From: Candidatus Hermodarchaeota archaeon | Lineage (GTDB): Archaea; Asgardarchaeota; Heimdallarchaeia; Hodarchaeales; Hodarchaeaceae | Direction of reading: 5' to 3' | DNA: 32,000 nt | Assembly: GCA_048886185.1 (NCBI GenBank) | Contig: JBHLKY010000007.1 | Span: 120,001-152,000 of the forward strand | Shown: piece by piece, positions 17,754 through 26,812 of the stretch | Position numbering within the stretch: position 1 is the stretch's first letter | Layout of the letters: each line of letters starts with the position of its first letter | Program-made: the position numbers and the translations under genes | The notes under the pieces: model-generated | What the model saw: the letters and a program-made list of their open reading frames with translations, nothing else | Database searches by the model: none | What the model was told of the DNA's origin: nothing

Positions 17754-19499
17754 TTAAAATGATTCAGTTAGGTTGAGTTGAACGCTGTTGGGTGTGAGCT
17801 TGTCAATTCTACCAAAACCTATACGTTCAAGCTGTATTATCTCACCTACCTGAAATTCTAAAACTGATTTTTCTATAAATCCACTTTTAATTGTTAAAGA
17901 ATTGGGATTAATCTTACCATCTATATATAAAGGACCTGGCACATTTATTGATAGATCAGTACTGTATTCTTTTGGTACCCATTGAATTTTTGGGTAATTT
18001 AGAGATGGATCTTCAATATAGTGGGCCTTAATAATATACCTTTTATCAGTCAATGTTTTTATTTCATAAATTTCAATATTAAAAAGATCCTTAAGCCGAA
18101 CAAATTCCTTTGGCTTTAATAAATTTAGATCACTAAAACTAATGTAAAAAATTTCACTATAAGGGATTTTTCGCATCCCCAAATCAGTATTTTTTGGGTG
18201 ATATGGTATTTTTACATCCTTTCCTGGCACATCAGCAACTTGTAGTTCAATTGGATCGACAACAGAAAATAATCGTCTTGTACTGTCGTCAACAATCTTC
18301 CTATTGATTGCTAATAAAATTGACATATCCAGCTCTGATTGACCTGTACTTAATTGCATTTCAAAAGCCAATTGACGAATAGTTTCAGGAACAATCCCAC
18401 GTCGACGCATTCCTGAAAGGGTGCTTAGCCGAAAATCATTCCAATTTGAAATAATGCCTTTATTTATAAGTTCACGAATTCGTCTTTTTGCTACTGGAAC
18501 ATCAGACAATCGAAGTCTTGAAAAATGTACAAAAATAGGTGATCGCAGGCCAAGAACGTCTCTAATGTAATTCTGCAAAGGAACTTTCTGAACAAATTCT
18601 TCCGATCTCAAAACATGAGTTATTCCAAGTATTGAATCCTCTATAGAAACTGCAAAATCATATAGAGGCCAAACACGATATTTATCCCCTTGTAAACAAT
18701 GAGATGCTTCTATTACTCGCATTATAGTAGGATCACGCAATGCAGCATTTTTGTGAGACATATCTATCTTTAATCTAAGTGATAATTCCCCCTCAAGACT
18801 ATCTTCAAGCATACGTTCCCACAATTCGAGGTTATCCGAAGATGTTGAAATTCGATGAGGACACTCTTTTTGTTTGTGCCTATTTTCGCGAACAACTTTT
18901 ACGGGGCAGCCGCATACATACGCATTTCTTTCTTCTATTAATTTCTGAACATAGTCATAATACAATGGGATTCTATCGGATTCATTAACTTCCTCATCCC
19001 ATTCTATGCCCATAAACCGAAAATCTTCCCTGATGGCATCATAATACTTCAGTTCAACCTTCCGGGGATTGGTGTCTTCAAAACGCAGAATCAGCTTACC
19101 ATTGTATCTCTTCGCATAGTAATAATTTATGAACCCTGCATATCCGTGTCCTATATGTAAATACCCGCTTGGTTCAGGTGGTAGTCTTGTACACACTTTA
19201 CCATCAATAGCTCCTTCAAGCGGAGGAAGTGTTGTCTTTTTTTTCTTAATTCTTTCTTCTTTTTTAAAAAACTCTGGATATTTTTCTTGACAGTGCTGTT
19301 CGATTTCTTTTGGACTCAAAGAGTTAACAAAAGTAATTTTAGATGAAGTTAAAGTCGCGATCTCCTTTACTTGACTTTTTAGCCCTGGAAAAGCAGCAAT
19401 TATTGCTCCCATTACAGAACCAGTTTTTGCTTTACCGTGTTTCATGGCGTTTTCATAAACAAATTTGTCAATAATTTTTTCAAGATCCAAAATATCCAC
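17754..19499 (-). CDS. gltX: Glutamyl-tRNA synthetase, archaeal type
   Basis: 581 aa. Archaeal N-terminal helical domain, PPEPSGYLHIGH, RFEDTNP, WPLYDFA, THVLRSEE, and C-terminal QLERIGFGRID. Confidence 0.95.
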   Translation of the reverse strand: MDILDLEKIIDKFVYENAMKHGKAKTGSVMGAIIAAFPGLKSQVKEIATLTSSKITFVNSLSPKEIEQHCQEKYPEFFKKEERIKKKKTTLPPLEGAIDGKVCTRLPPEPSGYLHIGHGYAGFINYYYAKRYNGKLILRFEDTNPRKVELKYYDAIREDFRFMGIEWDEEVNESDRIPLYYDYVQKLIEERNAYVCGCPVKVVRENRHKQKECPHRISTSSDNLELWERMLEDSLEGELSLRLKIDMSHKNAALRDPTIMRVIEASHCLQGDKYRVWPLYDFAVSIEDSILGITHVLRSEEFVQKVPLQNYIRDVLGLRSPIFVHFSRLRLSDVPVAKRRIRELINKGIISNWNDFRLSTLSGMRRRGIVPETIRQLAFEMQLSTGQSELDMSILLAINRKIVDDSTRRLFSVVDPIELQVADVPGKDVKIPYHPKNTDLGMRKIPYSEIFYISFSDLNLLKPKEFVRLKDLFNIEIYEIKTLTDKRYIIKAHYIEDPSLNYPKIQWVPKEYSTDLSINVPGPLYIDGKINPNSLTIKSGFIEKSVLEFQVGEIIQLERIGFGRIDKLTPNSVQLNLTESF

Positions 19500-19698
19500 A
19501 CTTCGTTGTAAAATGTGTAATGTTCAATTGATCAGTAAAAATGATTGTATTAAAGCTACTATAAGTAATTTAACTAGGGGAACAAGTAGTTTGTGAAACT
19601 CATTTGGGGGAATATGATAATGGAATAACAATACAAATTTTATTAATTATTAACTATTTTCCTCAGATGAAAGGTTCACATCTAACTGGGTTATTAAA

Positions 19699-20394
19699 AT
19701 GCAAAAACTGACTCTAGAAGACATCATTAATCAGGATATAAATGATTTTAAGAATTGTCAACAGCTTCATGATTGTGAAGGGTGTGAAAAGCCCACCTGT
19801 GTTATGATTGTGGCTATAGCTGATTTTCCAAGTAAATATGGGCTTTTTAAGATTGTAGGTTTCGTTAATAATAAGGATCAAGAAGAACACATTGCTATAA
19901 TTAAGGGGGATATTTCAAATAAAGAGGGGATCTTAACTCGTGTTCATTCAGCATGTTTAACTGGAGATGCTTTAGGTTCTCTACGATGTGACTGTGGTCC
20001 TCAATTGGGGCAATCTCTAAAAAAGATCGAAGAGAAAGGACTAGGTGTAATAATTTACATGCAACAAGAGGGCCGAGGGATAGGACTATTGAATAAACTC
20101 CGTGCTTATGCCTTACAAGATGATGGTTTCGATACATATGATGCGAACATTGCACTGGGATTTGGTCCAGATCAAAGAGATTATGAGGTGGCTGGAGCGA
20201 TGTTAGAAAAGTTGGGTGTGAAGAGTATTCGTTTAATCACGAATAATCCAGAGAAAATTAATCAACTTGGTAAGTTTATCAAAATCATTGAACGAATACC
20301 GATTGAATTACCTGCAACTGAATATAGTCTTAACTACTTACAAACAAAAAAGCAACGTTTTGGGCATTTATTAAGGATTCATTCGAGAGGATAG
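19699..20394 (+). CDS. ribA: GTP cyclohydrolase II (bacterial type)
   Basis: RVHSACLTGD, RCDCG (three Zn Cys), QEGRGIGL, KLRAYALQD, RDY, TNNPEK and YLQTK...GH. Confidence 0.93.
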   Translation: MQKLTLEDIINQDINDFKNCQQLHDCEGCEKPTCVMIVAIADFPSKYGLFKIVGFVNNKDQEEHIAIIKGDISNKEGILTRVHSACLTGDALGSLRCDCGPQLGQSLKKIEEKGLGVIIYMQQEGRGIGLLNKLRAYALQDDGFDTYDANIALGFGPDQRDYEVAGAMLEKLGVKSIRLITNNPEKINQLGKFIKIIERIPIELPATEYSLNYLQTKKQRFGHLLRIHSRG

Positions 20395-20535
20395 TTCTCT
20401 GAACGTTTGGAATATAAAAAGAACATGATATCTTAAACAGGTCCAAAGAGTAATTAATTTTAGCAGCAGTTTTTTTGGCATATAAGCAAAATGAATTCTA
20501 TATTGTTTAACATAAAGGATATCTGGTATGTCTAT

Positions 20536-21450
20536 CTATTGTGCGATCTCAATCTTTAAGGGTGTGGCATTACTCCAGAGTTCTTGAAATTTAGGTCTTA
20601 ATTCCGATGCCAATTTTTTTTGCCAGACAAAAATCCAAGCAAAAAATTCATCAGGGTTTACTGGATTCATTATTTTCAAAAGGATTTTCTCATTATCAAT
20701 AATATCAAAAGCTGTCGGGGTCTGCTGAGTTCGTTTTACTTCAACTCGCTCTAAGTAAATGAAATAGTGTACTATTGAAGCTAAATATGACTCTTCTCGA
20801 CTTCCTGGTGTAATACCACTAAGTAGAATTTGAATAGATACTCCTTTCTCTGTTAATAATTTAATAGAAGCAATTAGATTTTCAAGAATCTCCTTCTCTG
20901 GTATACGGGCTGCTACTCTGATATTAAGAATTATTTGTAATTCTTTTTCAGTTTCATTGATTTTTTCAATATACTTACTGATTGCTTTTTCACCAAGAGC
21001 AACGCTCCAGAATAAACTATCCTCTGGCTTTGTAGTTTGCAGATTGCTTAACTTCTCTTCAATCAAAGCTGCTTTTGTAGTTAGGATTTGAAGCTCATCC
21101 TTTTTCATTTTCAAAAGGTTATTTAGAGCAATTTTTGGTTCTTTCCCAACATATTGTTTTGGTCGAGATTCTTGCGTATCAGCGAGACCTTTGTCCTCTA
21201 AAGAGCTGAGAACATCATAAATTCTTCCAAATGGAATTTTTGATTCAGTGGCTATTTCTTTTGCGGTTCTAATCCCAGCTTTCAACAAAACGAGATAAGC
21301 GCGAGATTCATAGTTTGATAATCCCAGCATTTCAAGTTCTTGAATAGTACGTTCCTCAACATCACTAAATTTATTCACCCAAAGAAAAGATATTTTTTCA
21401 ATTTTATATAGTTTACAACTCATTGTTGTGAAAATGAGAGTGAAAGCCAT
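20536..21450 (-). CDS. TrmB family transcriptional regulator
   Basis: Winged HTH LGLSNYESRAY...IYDVLSSLEDKGL plus a C-terminal effector domain (IIDNEKIL). A strong GGGGGTGA SD precedes the ATG. Confidence 0.88.
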   Translation of the reverse strand: MAFTLIFTTMSCKLYKIEKISFLWVNKFSDVEERTIQELEMLGLSNYESRAYLVLLKAGIRTAKEIATESKIPFGRIYDVLSSLEDKGLADTQESRPKQYVGKEPKIALNNLLKMKKDELQILTTKAALIEEKLSNLQTTKPEDSLFWSVALGEKAISKYIEKINETEKELQIILNIRVAARIPEKEILENLIASIKLLTEKGVSIQILLSGITPGSREESYLASIVHYFIYLERVEVKRTQQTPTAFDIIDNEKILLKIMNPVNPDEFFAWIFVWQKKLASELRPKFQELWSNATPLKIEIAQ

Positions 21451-21475
21451 TTAATCACCCCCCGTTGAGTTGTTA

Positions 21476-21492
21476 ATTACGATAATCGTAAT
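21476..21492. promoter_or_regulatory. Perfect 8-1-8 palindrome ATTACGAT-A-ATCGTAAT, candidate TrmB-family operator
   Basis: Exact inverted repeat in the 57-bp gap between the divergent TrmB gene and the membrane protein gene. Confidence 0.6.
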
Positions 21493-21507
21493 AAGGAAAG
21501 TTGGAAA

Positions 21508-22365
21508 ATGAACAGAAATCTTCTATTAGGATTTAGTCTCTCTTTGATCGGAGCTGTTGTAGGAATGCTAGGTGGTATGGTAATTTTTGTATTCACATAC
21601 GAACCTTACATGTGGTGGGAAGCACACAGTCCATTGGCAGAAGAAGGATGTAAAGTCATTATTGAGGAGATTCTGCCTATTATCTCTGATCTCAGCATCA
21701 TTGGTGGATTATTATTTGCGGTGAGTGCTTATGGATTCTATACAGAGGAGGAATGGTCTGTTTCAGTTGCAATAGTAGGTAATACCCTCTGTTTATTAGC
21801 TGGTTTTTGGCCTACTATCCCTGCGATGCAAATGGGGTTGATACCAATCTGGGGAATTATTTTTCTTCCGAATTTAATTATATTTTTAATTATAACTCAT
21901 TATGTAGCGGGTATCCCATGGATTACTGTAATTCTTGCACTTCTTACTGGAATAGCTTATGTAATGTGCTTCTTAAATGGTGTTGCAAGTACTAATCGCA
22001 TGAAGCTATTCTTACCTTATGAAGGAGCAGACATCAGTACTATTGCAGATCCAACTGTAACTATTCACGCGGTTTTCAGAGCTTTACAGAGAGTCAGTTG
22101 GGCTGCAGCTATTGGTTGGGGGATTACAACAATTGGAATCCTACGTCGTCCGAATGAGGATTGGGTACGCATTGTAGCTCTTGGTTCTGGTATTTTAGCT
22201 ATAGTAACTGGATATCCTGTAGCTGTTGCGTCATCGCTTAGTTTTGGGAAATTTTCTATGTTCTTCATGGCACCAATTCTCTCAACTTTACTGGTAATGG
22301 TTCCATTTTTCCCACGGATATGGAATCGACTAGTTCTTTCTCCTGAAAACCAAGCTGCGAATTAG
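21508..22365 (+). CDS. Uncharacterised polytopic membrane protein
   Basis: 285 aa with about 8 hydrophobic segments and a weak two-fold internal similarity (EEEWSVSVAI / NEDWVRIVAL). Confidence 0.75.
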   Translation: MNRNLLLGFSLSLIGAVVGMLGGMVIFVFTYEPYMWWEAHSPLAEEGCKVIIEEILPIISDLSIIGGLLFAVSAYGFYTEEEWSVSVAIVGNTLCLLAGFWPTIPAMQMGLIPIWGIIFLPNLIIFLIITHYVAGIPWITVILALLTGIAYVMCFLNGVASTNRMKLFLPYEGADISTIADPTVTIHAVFRALQRVSWAAAIGWGITTIGILRRPNEDWVRIVALGSGILAIVTGYPVAVASSLSFGKFSMFFMAPILSTLLVMVPFFPRIWNRLVLSPENQAAN

Positions 22366-22393
22366 CATTTATCTTTGAAAAAATGAAATTAGC

Positions 22394-22450
22394 TCAGACT
22401 TTGGGGATTGAGAAAGCTTTTCTCATCCCCTTTCTGACTTTTTCTTCTTA
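22394..22450 (+). terminator. Stem-loop followed by a T-rich tract
   Basis: TCAGA/TCTGA, GGGGA/TCCCC and TGAGAAA/TTTCTCA stems, followed by CTTTTTCTTCTT. It begins 28 bp after the stop of 21508..22365. Confidence 0.6.
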
Positions 22451-22511
22451 TTCTGAACTCATACATTAGTAAAAATCCTGAAGAACCATTAAATGTTTGA
22501 TAATATAAAAG

Positions 22512-23366
22512 GTGAAAAGAATAATATATTCTCAAAATAGAGTACTTCCTTTTGAAGCTATTTATGGAGTACCAATGATTATTTTATGGATTGTTACATT
22601 TTTGTTCTGTATTATCTTGATTGATGCGAAATTGTTGACTAAAAGAGTGAGATTTGGAATTTATGCATTAAATATTGTAAGTGCAGGTATTTTGTTAGGT
22701 GGAATACCCAATGCAGTCGTCCCTATACAAGAAGTTATTATAACAATTGGTCTTAGAGGTGATTTTGGCTATCTTCTCCCAGCAATTATAGTTTTAAGCG
22801 TTTTATTGATTTCATCTGTGTTCGTAGGAAGGATTTTTTGTGGATTTGCATGTCCTTTAGGAGCTTTACAAGAAATCATCTCTGGAATAAACTTCAAATC
22901 TAATCTAAAATCACACAAACAAGTGAAATATCGAATTGATGTCTTCTCTCCTTTGCCAAGTATAATCCGATGGATTTTTCTTGGTGTTATAATTCTTTTG
23001 GCATTTTTGGGTGTTATTCTTCTTCCATTGTTTAATCCTCTCTCAGGATTTGCAGTTATAAAAAGACAATTTGAACTTGCAGTGATAATTCCTTTCATCA
23101 GCTTAATTTTTGTAAGTTTCGCGAGTATTTTTTTGTATCGTCCGTGGTGTAGGTTTATATGTCCTTTTGGTGCGGGATCCTCCCTCTGTGGACGGTACAC
23201 CAGAAAAAAATATCGTCGAACAGAAAACTGCACAAATTGTGGGGCATGTGAAGAAATATGTCCTACTCAAGAAGCAGGAACTGATAGTAAGAAGGGAGAG
23301 TGCTATTATTGTAATCGCTGCATAGAAATATGCCCCCATGACGCTATCACGCTTAATTTAGGGTGA
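22512..23366 (+). CDS. Membrane-bound ferredoxin-type 4Fe-4S protein (NapH/MauN/NosR-like)
   Basis: GRIFCGFACPLG and RPWCRFICPFG (CxxxCP motifs), plus CTNCGACEEICP and CYYCNRCIEICP (two 4Fe-4S sites), with TM segments. Confidence 0.88.
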   Translation: MKRIIYSQNRVLPFEAIYGVPMIILWIVTFLFCIILIDAKLLTKRVRFGIYALNIVSAGILLGGIPNAVVPIQEVIITIGLRGDFGYLLPAIIVLSVLLISSVFVGRIFCGFACPLGALQEIISGINFKSNLKSHKQVKYRIDVFSPLPSIIRWIFLGVIILLAFLGVILLPLFNPLSGFAVIKRQFELAVIIPFISLIFVSFASIFLYRPWCRFICPFGAGSSLCGRYTRKKYRRTENCTNCGACEEICPTQEAGTDSKKGECYYCNRCIEICPHDAITLNLG

Positions 23367-23490
23367 TTTTTCTTCATCTAGTACTTTAATTAATTATACC
23401 TATTTCTTAATTAACATCGTCCTATATGTTTCTCTGTGACATGACTGAAAGAATAATAGTTTGTTTCCATTAAAAGGAGGATAAATTTTA

Positions 23491-24702
23491 TTGAATCAAG
23501 CAAACATACCAGAAGAAAAACTCATGCAAATAGTGAAAGAAAAACATGAACAAATACCTTCCATAATGATGGAAAATGAAGTTGATTGCTGGATTATCTT
23601 TATAAGAGAAACTGAAGCAAATCCTGATCCAGTTTCGGACTTGGTTATAGGAGGAAAAGTCGTTTGGGAATCTGCTTTCATATTTATTAACAAAATGGAA
23701 ATATTTTCGAAAGTTGCAATCGTGGGAAATTTTGATGCTCCAGCAGAGACGAAAAAAGCAATTTGGGATGAGGTTATTTCATATAAAGAAGGTATTGCTA
23801 AAAGTTTAAAGGAAACCATAGAAAGATTTGATCCCCAAAAAATAGCTCTAAACTTTTCCGAAGATGATGTAGTGTCCGATGGACTTTCCCATGGAATGTT
23901 CTTAAAAATTTCAAGCATACTAAAAGATAGGGCTGAACATTTTATTTCTGCTGCACCAATAATTCAGGCCATCAGAGGAAGAAAAACAAAAACTGAAATT
24001 GATTTAATTACTAAAGCCTGTGAGTTAACTGAGGAGATCAATCAAACAATAACTCCTTTATTAAAACCTGGTATGAACGAAACTGAGATTCAAAAGTTAT
24101 TTCACTCTGAAATGGATCGATTAAGAGTAGCTACAGCATGGCAACGAGTATCTTGTCCTGCTATTGATGCAGGGCCAGATAAGGAAATAGGGCATATAGG
24201 TCCGGCCCCAAACCATATTACAAAGAGAGGGCACACTTTACATAATGATTTTGGGATTAAACTACAAGGATATTGCTCTGATATTCAAAGAATGTGGTTT
24301 TTTGGTGATAATATACCAGATGAACTGGTTCATGCTTTCAAAACAGTTCAAAAGGCCATTATTAAAGCAGCTGACTACATTAAACCAGGTGTAACTGGGT
24401 ATTCTGTTGATAAGATAGCCCGAGATTATGTGAAATCGAGAGGGTACGAGGAGTATGCCCATGCCTTGGGCCATCAAATAGGAACAAAAGCTCATGATGG
24501 AGGAATAATTCTGGGTCCCCTCTGGGAAAGATACGGCGATACTCCTAGAGGAATTGTAGAAGTAAATAATGTATTTACTTTGGAATTACATGTGAAAACA
24601 CAGAATTATGGTGTAGTCTCATTAGAGGAAAACATACTAATTACAGAAAAAGGTTGTCGGTTTCTTATCCCCCCACAAGTGAACTTCATTTTGATTAAAT
24701 AA
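23491..24702 (+). CDS. M24 family Xaa-Pro aminopeptidase/prolidase
   Basis: Metal-ligand motifs HNDFG, YCSDIQR, HALGHQIG..AHD, FTLE and SLEEN. AGGAGG SD before a TTG start. Confidence 0.9.
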   Translation: MNQANIPEEKLMQIVKEKHEQIPSIMMENEVDCWIIFIRETEANPDPVSDLVIGGKVVWESAFIFINKMEIFSKVAIVGNFDAPAETKKAIWDEVISYKEGIAKSLKETIERFDPQKIALNFSEDDVVSDGLSHGMFLKISSILKDRAEHFISAAPIIQAIRGRKTKTEIDLITKACELTEEINQTITPLLKPGMNETEIQKLFHSEMDRLRVATAWQRVSCPAIDAGPDKEIGHIGPAPNHITKRGHTLHNDFGIKLQGYCSDIQRMWFFGDNIPDELVHAFKTVQKAIIKAADYIKPGVTGYSVDKIARDYVKSRGYEEYAHALGHQIGTKAHDGGIILGPLWERYGDTPRGIVEVNNVFTLELHVKTQNYGVVSLEENILITEKGCRFLIPPQVNFILIK

Positions 24703-24816
24703 AATTAATTAACAAATTGTTATTAATAGCCAATAAAAGAATAACCACTCACTCTAAATTTTCAAGAGATTCTTTGATAAAAAAGATTTTCCTTATTTAT
24801 CTTTCTTGGTGATCAT

Positions 24817-25824
24817 ATGGCCTTCCTCGAAGGATTCTTTGAACTTTTATCTGATCTTTTAATTGTCTACATAATGATTGGCATTGGGATCATCTGGCGT
24901 TTTTCAAAATTTTATAAACCAGAATATGGTGAATGGATCACAAAAATAACAATTTGGGTTTTCTTTCCAATTAATATCATTTCTTCGTTTGCTTCTATTG
25001 AATCTTTTGCAGGTGAAACGATAATTATTGTGACCGTGATAGCATTCACAGTACATATAGCCAGCTTCCTTTCTATTCATTTCATCTCTAGAAATAAACC
25101 ACCAGAAGAAGTGGGAGCACGGGTTCTATGCAGCACATTCCCCAATTCCTTATTATTTCCATTTCCGATTATTTTGGCAGTATTAGGGGACTTCGCGTTG
25201 CTCTATGCCTCGATATTTGTTTTTATGGCGATGATACTCCGTAATAGTCTTGGAGTACTGTTAGGAATTTGGTATAACCCAGAAAATACTGATAATAGTG
25301 TATTAAGGGAATCACCATTTTTAGATGCCAAGAGAATTTTACTCAATCTTCTGAAGTTCCCTCCTTTTTTAGCAGTAATTGCTGGATTTATACTACATGC
25401 GACTGTAGGGCCAGGAACAATAGGTGCTTTCCCTGGATTAGAGATAATAAAACCAATATCATTATATGGAGCTTTGATAGTCGTTGGAATTTCATTCCGA
25501 GGGATAGAACAACTTTATCCAAGGAGTCTTTTCTCAAAAGAAGTATTCAGGGTAAGTTCTGTCCGGTTTCTGATAGCTCCTCTAGTAGTATTGATCTCTC
25601 TAGTAATACTTCAGGTTCATGACTCCTTTGTAGCTATTACGCTTATGATTCAAGGAATGGCCCCGCCAGCAGTTATTAATATTATGTATGGAAAATTCTT
25701 CAAACTAAAAGAAGATGAAATAAGCCTCTTGATAACTAGTTTAACATTACTAGCTTTGTTATTCTTACCGTTTGAACTAATTATTTTACTTATCTTGTTT
25801 CCTATCCCTAACTTCTCCCTGTAA
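24817..25824 (+). CDS. AEC (auxin efflux carrier/malate permease) family transporter
   Basis: About 10 TM segments. Motifs FPNSLLFPFPI, ALIVVGI, RFLIAPL and MAPPAVIN. Confidence 0.82.
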   Translation: MAFLEGFFELLSDLLIVYIMIGIGIIWRFSKFYKPEYGEWITKITIWVFFPINIISSFASIESFAGETIIIVTVIAFTVHIASFLSIHFISRNKPPEEVGARVLCSTFPNSLLFPFPIILAVLGDFALLYASIFVFMAMILRNSLGVLLGIWYNPENTDNSVLRESPFLDAKRILLNLLKFPPFLAVIAGFILHATVGPGTIGAFPGLEIIKPISLYGALIVVGISFRGIEQLYPRSLFSKEVFRVSSVRFLIAPLVVLISLVILQVHDSFVAITLMIQGMAPPAVINIMYGKFFKLKEDEISLLITSLTLLALLFLPFELIILLILFPIPNFSL

Positions 25825-25864
25825 TGACATTAATCAATATTACATTCGCCAAGAAAAGTACTGT

Positions 25865-26470
25865 TCAGAGGAAAGCCATCAACTGTTCACTAGTATGGTC
25901 ATCAATATACTTTTCAGTACGATAGACTTTTTTTGTCGTGACTGTGTAAAGAGCTCCTGTTGGTGTTACTTTTTCGTCAATTGCTTTTAAAACGCTAATT
26001 ATCTCTTCTTCACTTGGCCAGTGAGCCCATTCAAACGCATAATCAAATTCTCCGATAAGAATAGAGGACTTTAGTGTATCCAATGTATTTGTGGGTTCCA
26101 TTTCCTGAATTACTTGCTCAATAGCACGAACAGCTTTTGAAAGACTTGGCCCATGAATTCGTATGAAAGAAAAAATTGTATGATGTGCTTGTTTTCCCAT
26201 TTCTGCTGTTACTCGGTTAGTGTGGCGACTTTCAGATGTTATAGAATACTTTGTTGGTAAACCAGTTAGAGTATCATCAATTTTCTCTAACAACGTGAAT
26301 ATTTGCTGATGTTTCGGATCCTCAATCCAGTGAAATACAAAATCATATCTTCCAAATGTAACTTCCCCTCTAGAAAGAGGAAGCTCAGATTTAATAGTAT
26401 CAACAAGGTTCGATAACCGATCAAGGGCTTGTGGAATTTGTGGGCCATAAAGTCGAACATTAGACTTCAT
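25865..26470 (-). CDS. Hypothetical protein made of two tandem repeats with an Lrp/AsnC RAM-like GxYD motif and no HTH
   Basis: Repeat 1: VRLYGP...TFGRYDFVFHW...LLEKIDD.L...TKYSIT. Repeat 2: IRIHGP...LIGEFDYAFEW...VLKAIDE.V...ALYTVT. ATG at 26470 with a GAGGT SD is preferred over 26515. Confidence 0.75.
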   Translation of the reverse strand: MKSNVRLYGPQIPQALDRLSNLVDTIKSELPLSRGEVTFGRYDFVFHWIEDPKHQQIFTLLEKIDDTLTGLPTKYSITSESRHTNRVTAEMGKQAHHTIFSFIRIHGPSLSKAVRAIEQVIQEMEPTNTLDTLKSSILIGEFDYAFEWAHWPSEEEIISVLKAIDEKVTPTGALYTVTTKKVYRTEKYIDDHTSEQLMAFL

Positions 26471-26600
26471 TATAGTTAACCTCTCACTTATTATTATCAG
26501 AATTATTCTAAGCAAAGTTTTTTAATCTTTGTTCTTTGATTAGGTGAAATTCGAAATCAATTTTTTACCTAAATAACAAATACATATTTGACAAAAAACA

Positions 26601-26707
26601 ACCCACATATGAGCGCGGGGTTAAAACCAGCAGAGCTAAGACATATAAACTCCTCACGAATGGTTCACTTTCCGAGAGCTTAGTTACTTCCGTTTATGAC
26701 TTTGTGT
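26601..26707 (+). other. Candidate structured leader/ncRNA (or 24-aa uORF at 26609-26683) upstream of the HMGS-DUF35 gene
   Basis: A GC-richer patch within an AT-rich 340-bp gap. Possible nested stems GCGG/CCGT, AGCTAAG/CTTAGTT and CTC(C)TC/GAGAG. I recognise no known RNA family. Confidence 0.2.
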
Positions 26708-26812
26708 AATTAATGAATTTAAAGGTTACCAGAACTGTTAATCTCAAGAGAATTTGATAATTTCTTCTTAAATTAATAAAATAATAGCATAATTACGAGT
26801 GTTGGTTAAAAA

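Noticed and set aside
19500-19698. FMN riboswitch upstream of ribA
   Set aside because: No RFN consensus elements, only a weak AGATGAA/TTCACATCT hairpin.
26640-26680. Minus-strand AACCATTCG resembling a c-di-GMP-I riboswitch P2 segment
   Set aside because: The complementary strand, the GGGACGCAAAG-type junction and the tetraloop receptor are missing.
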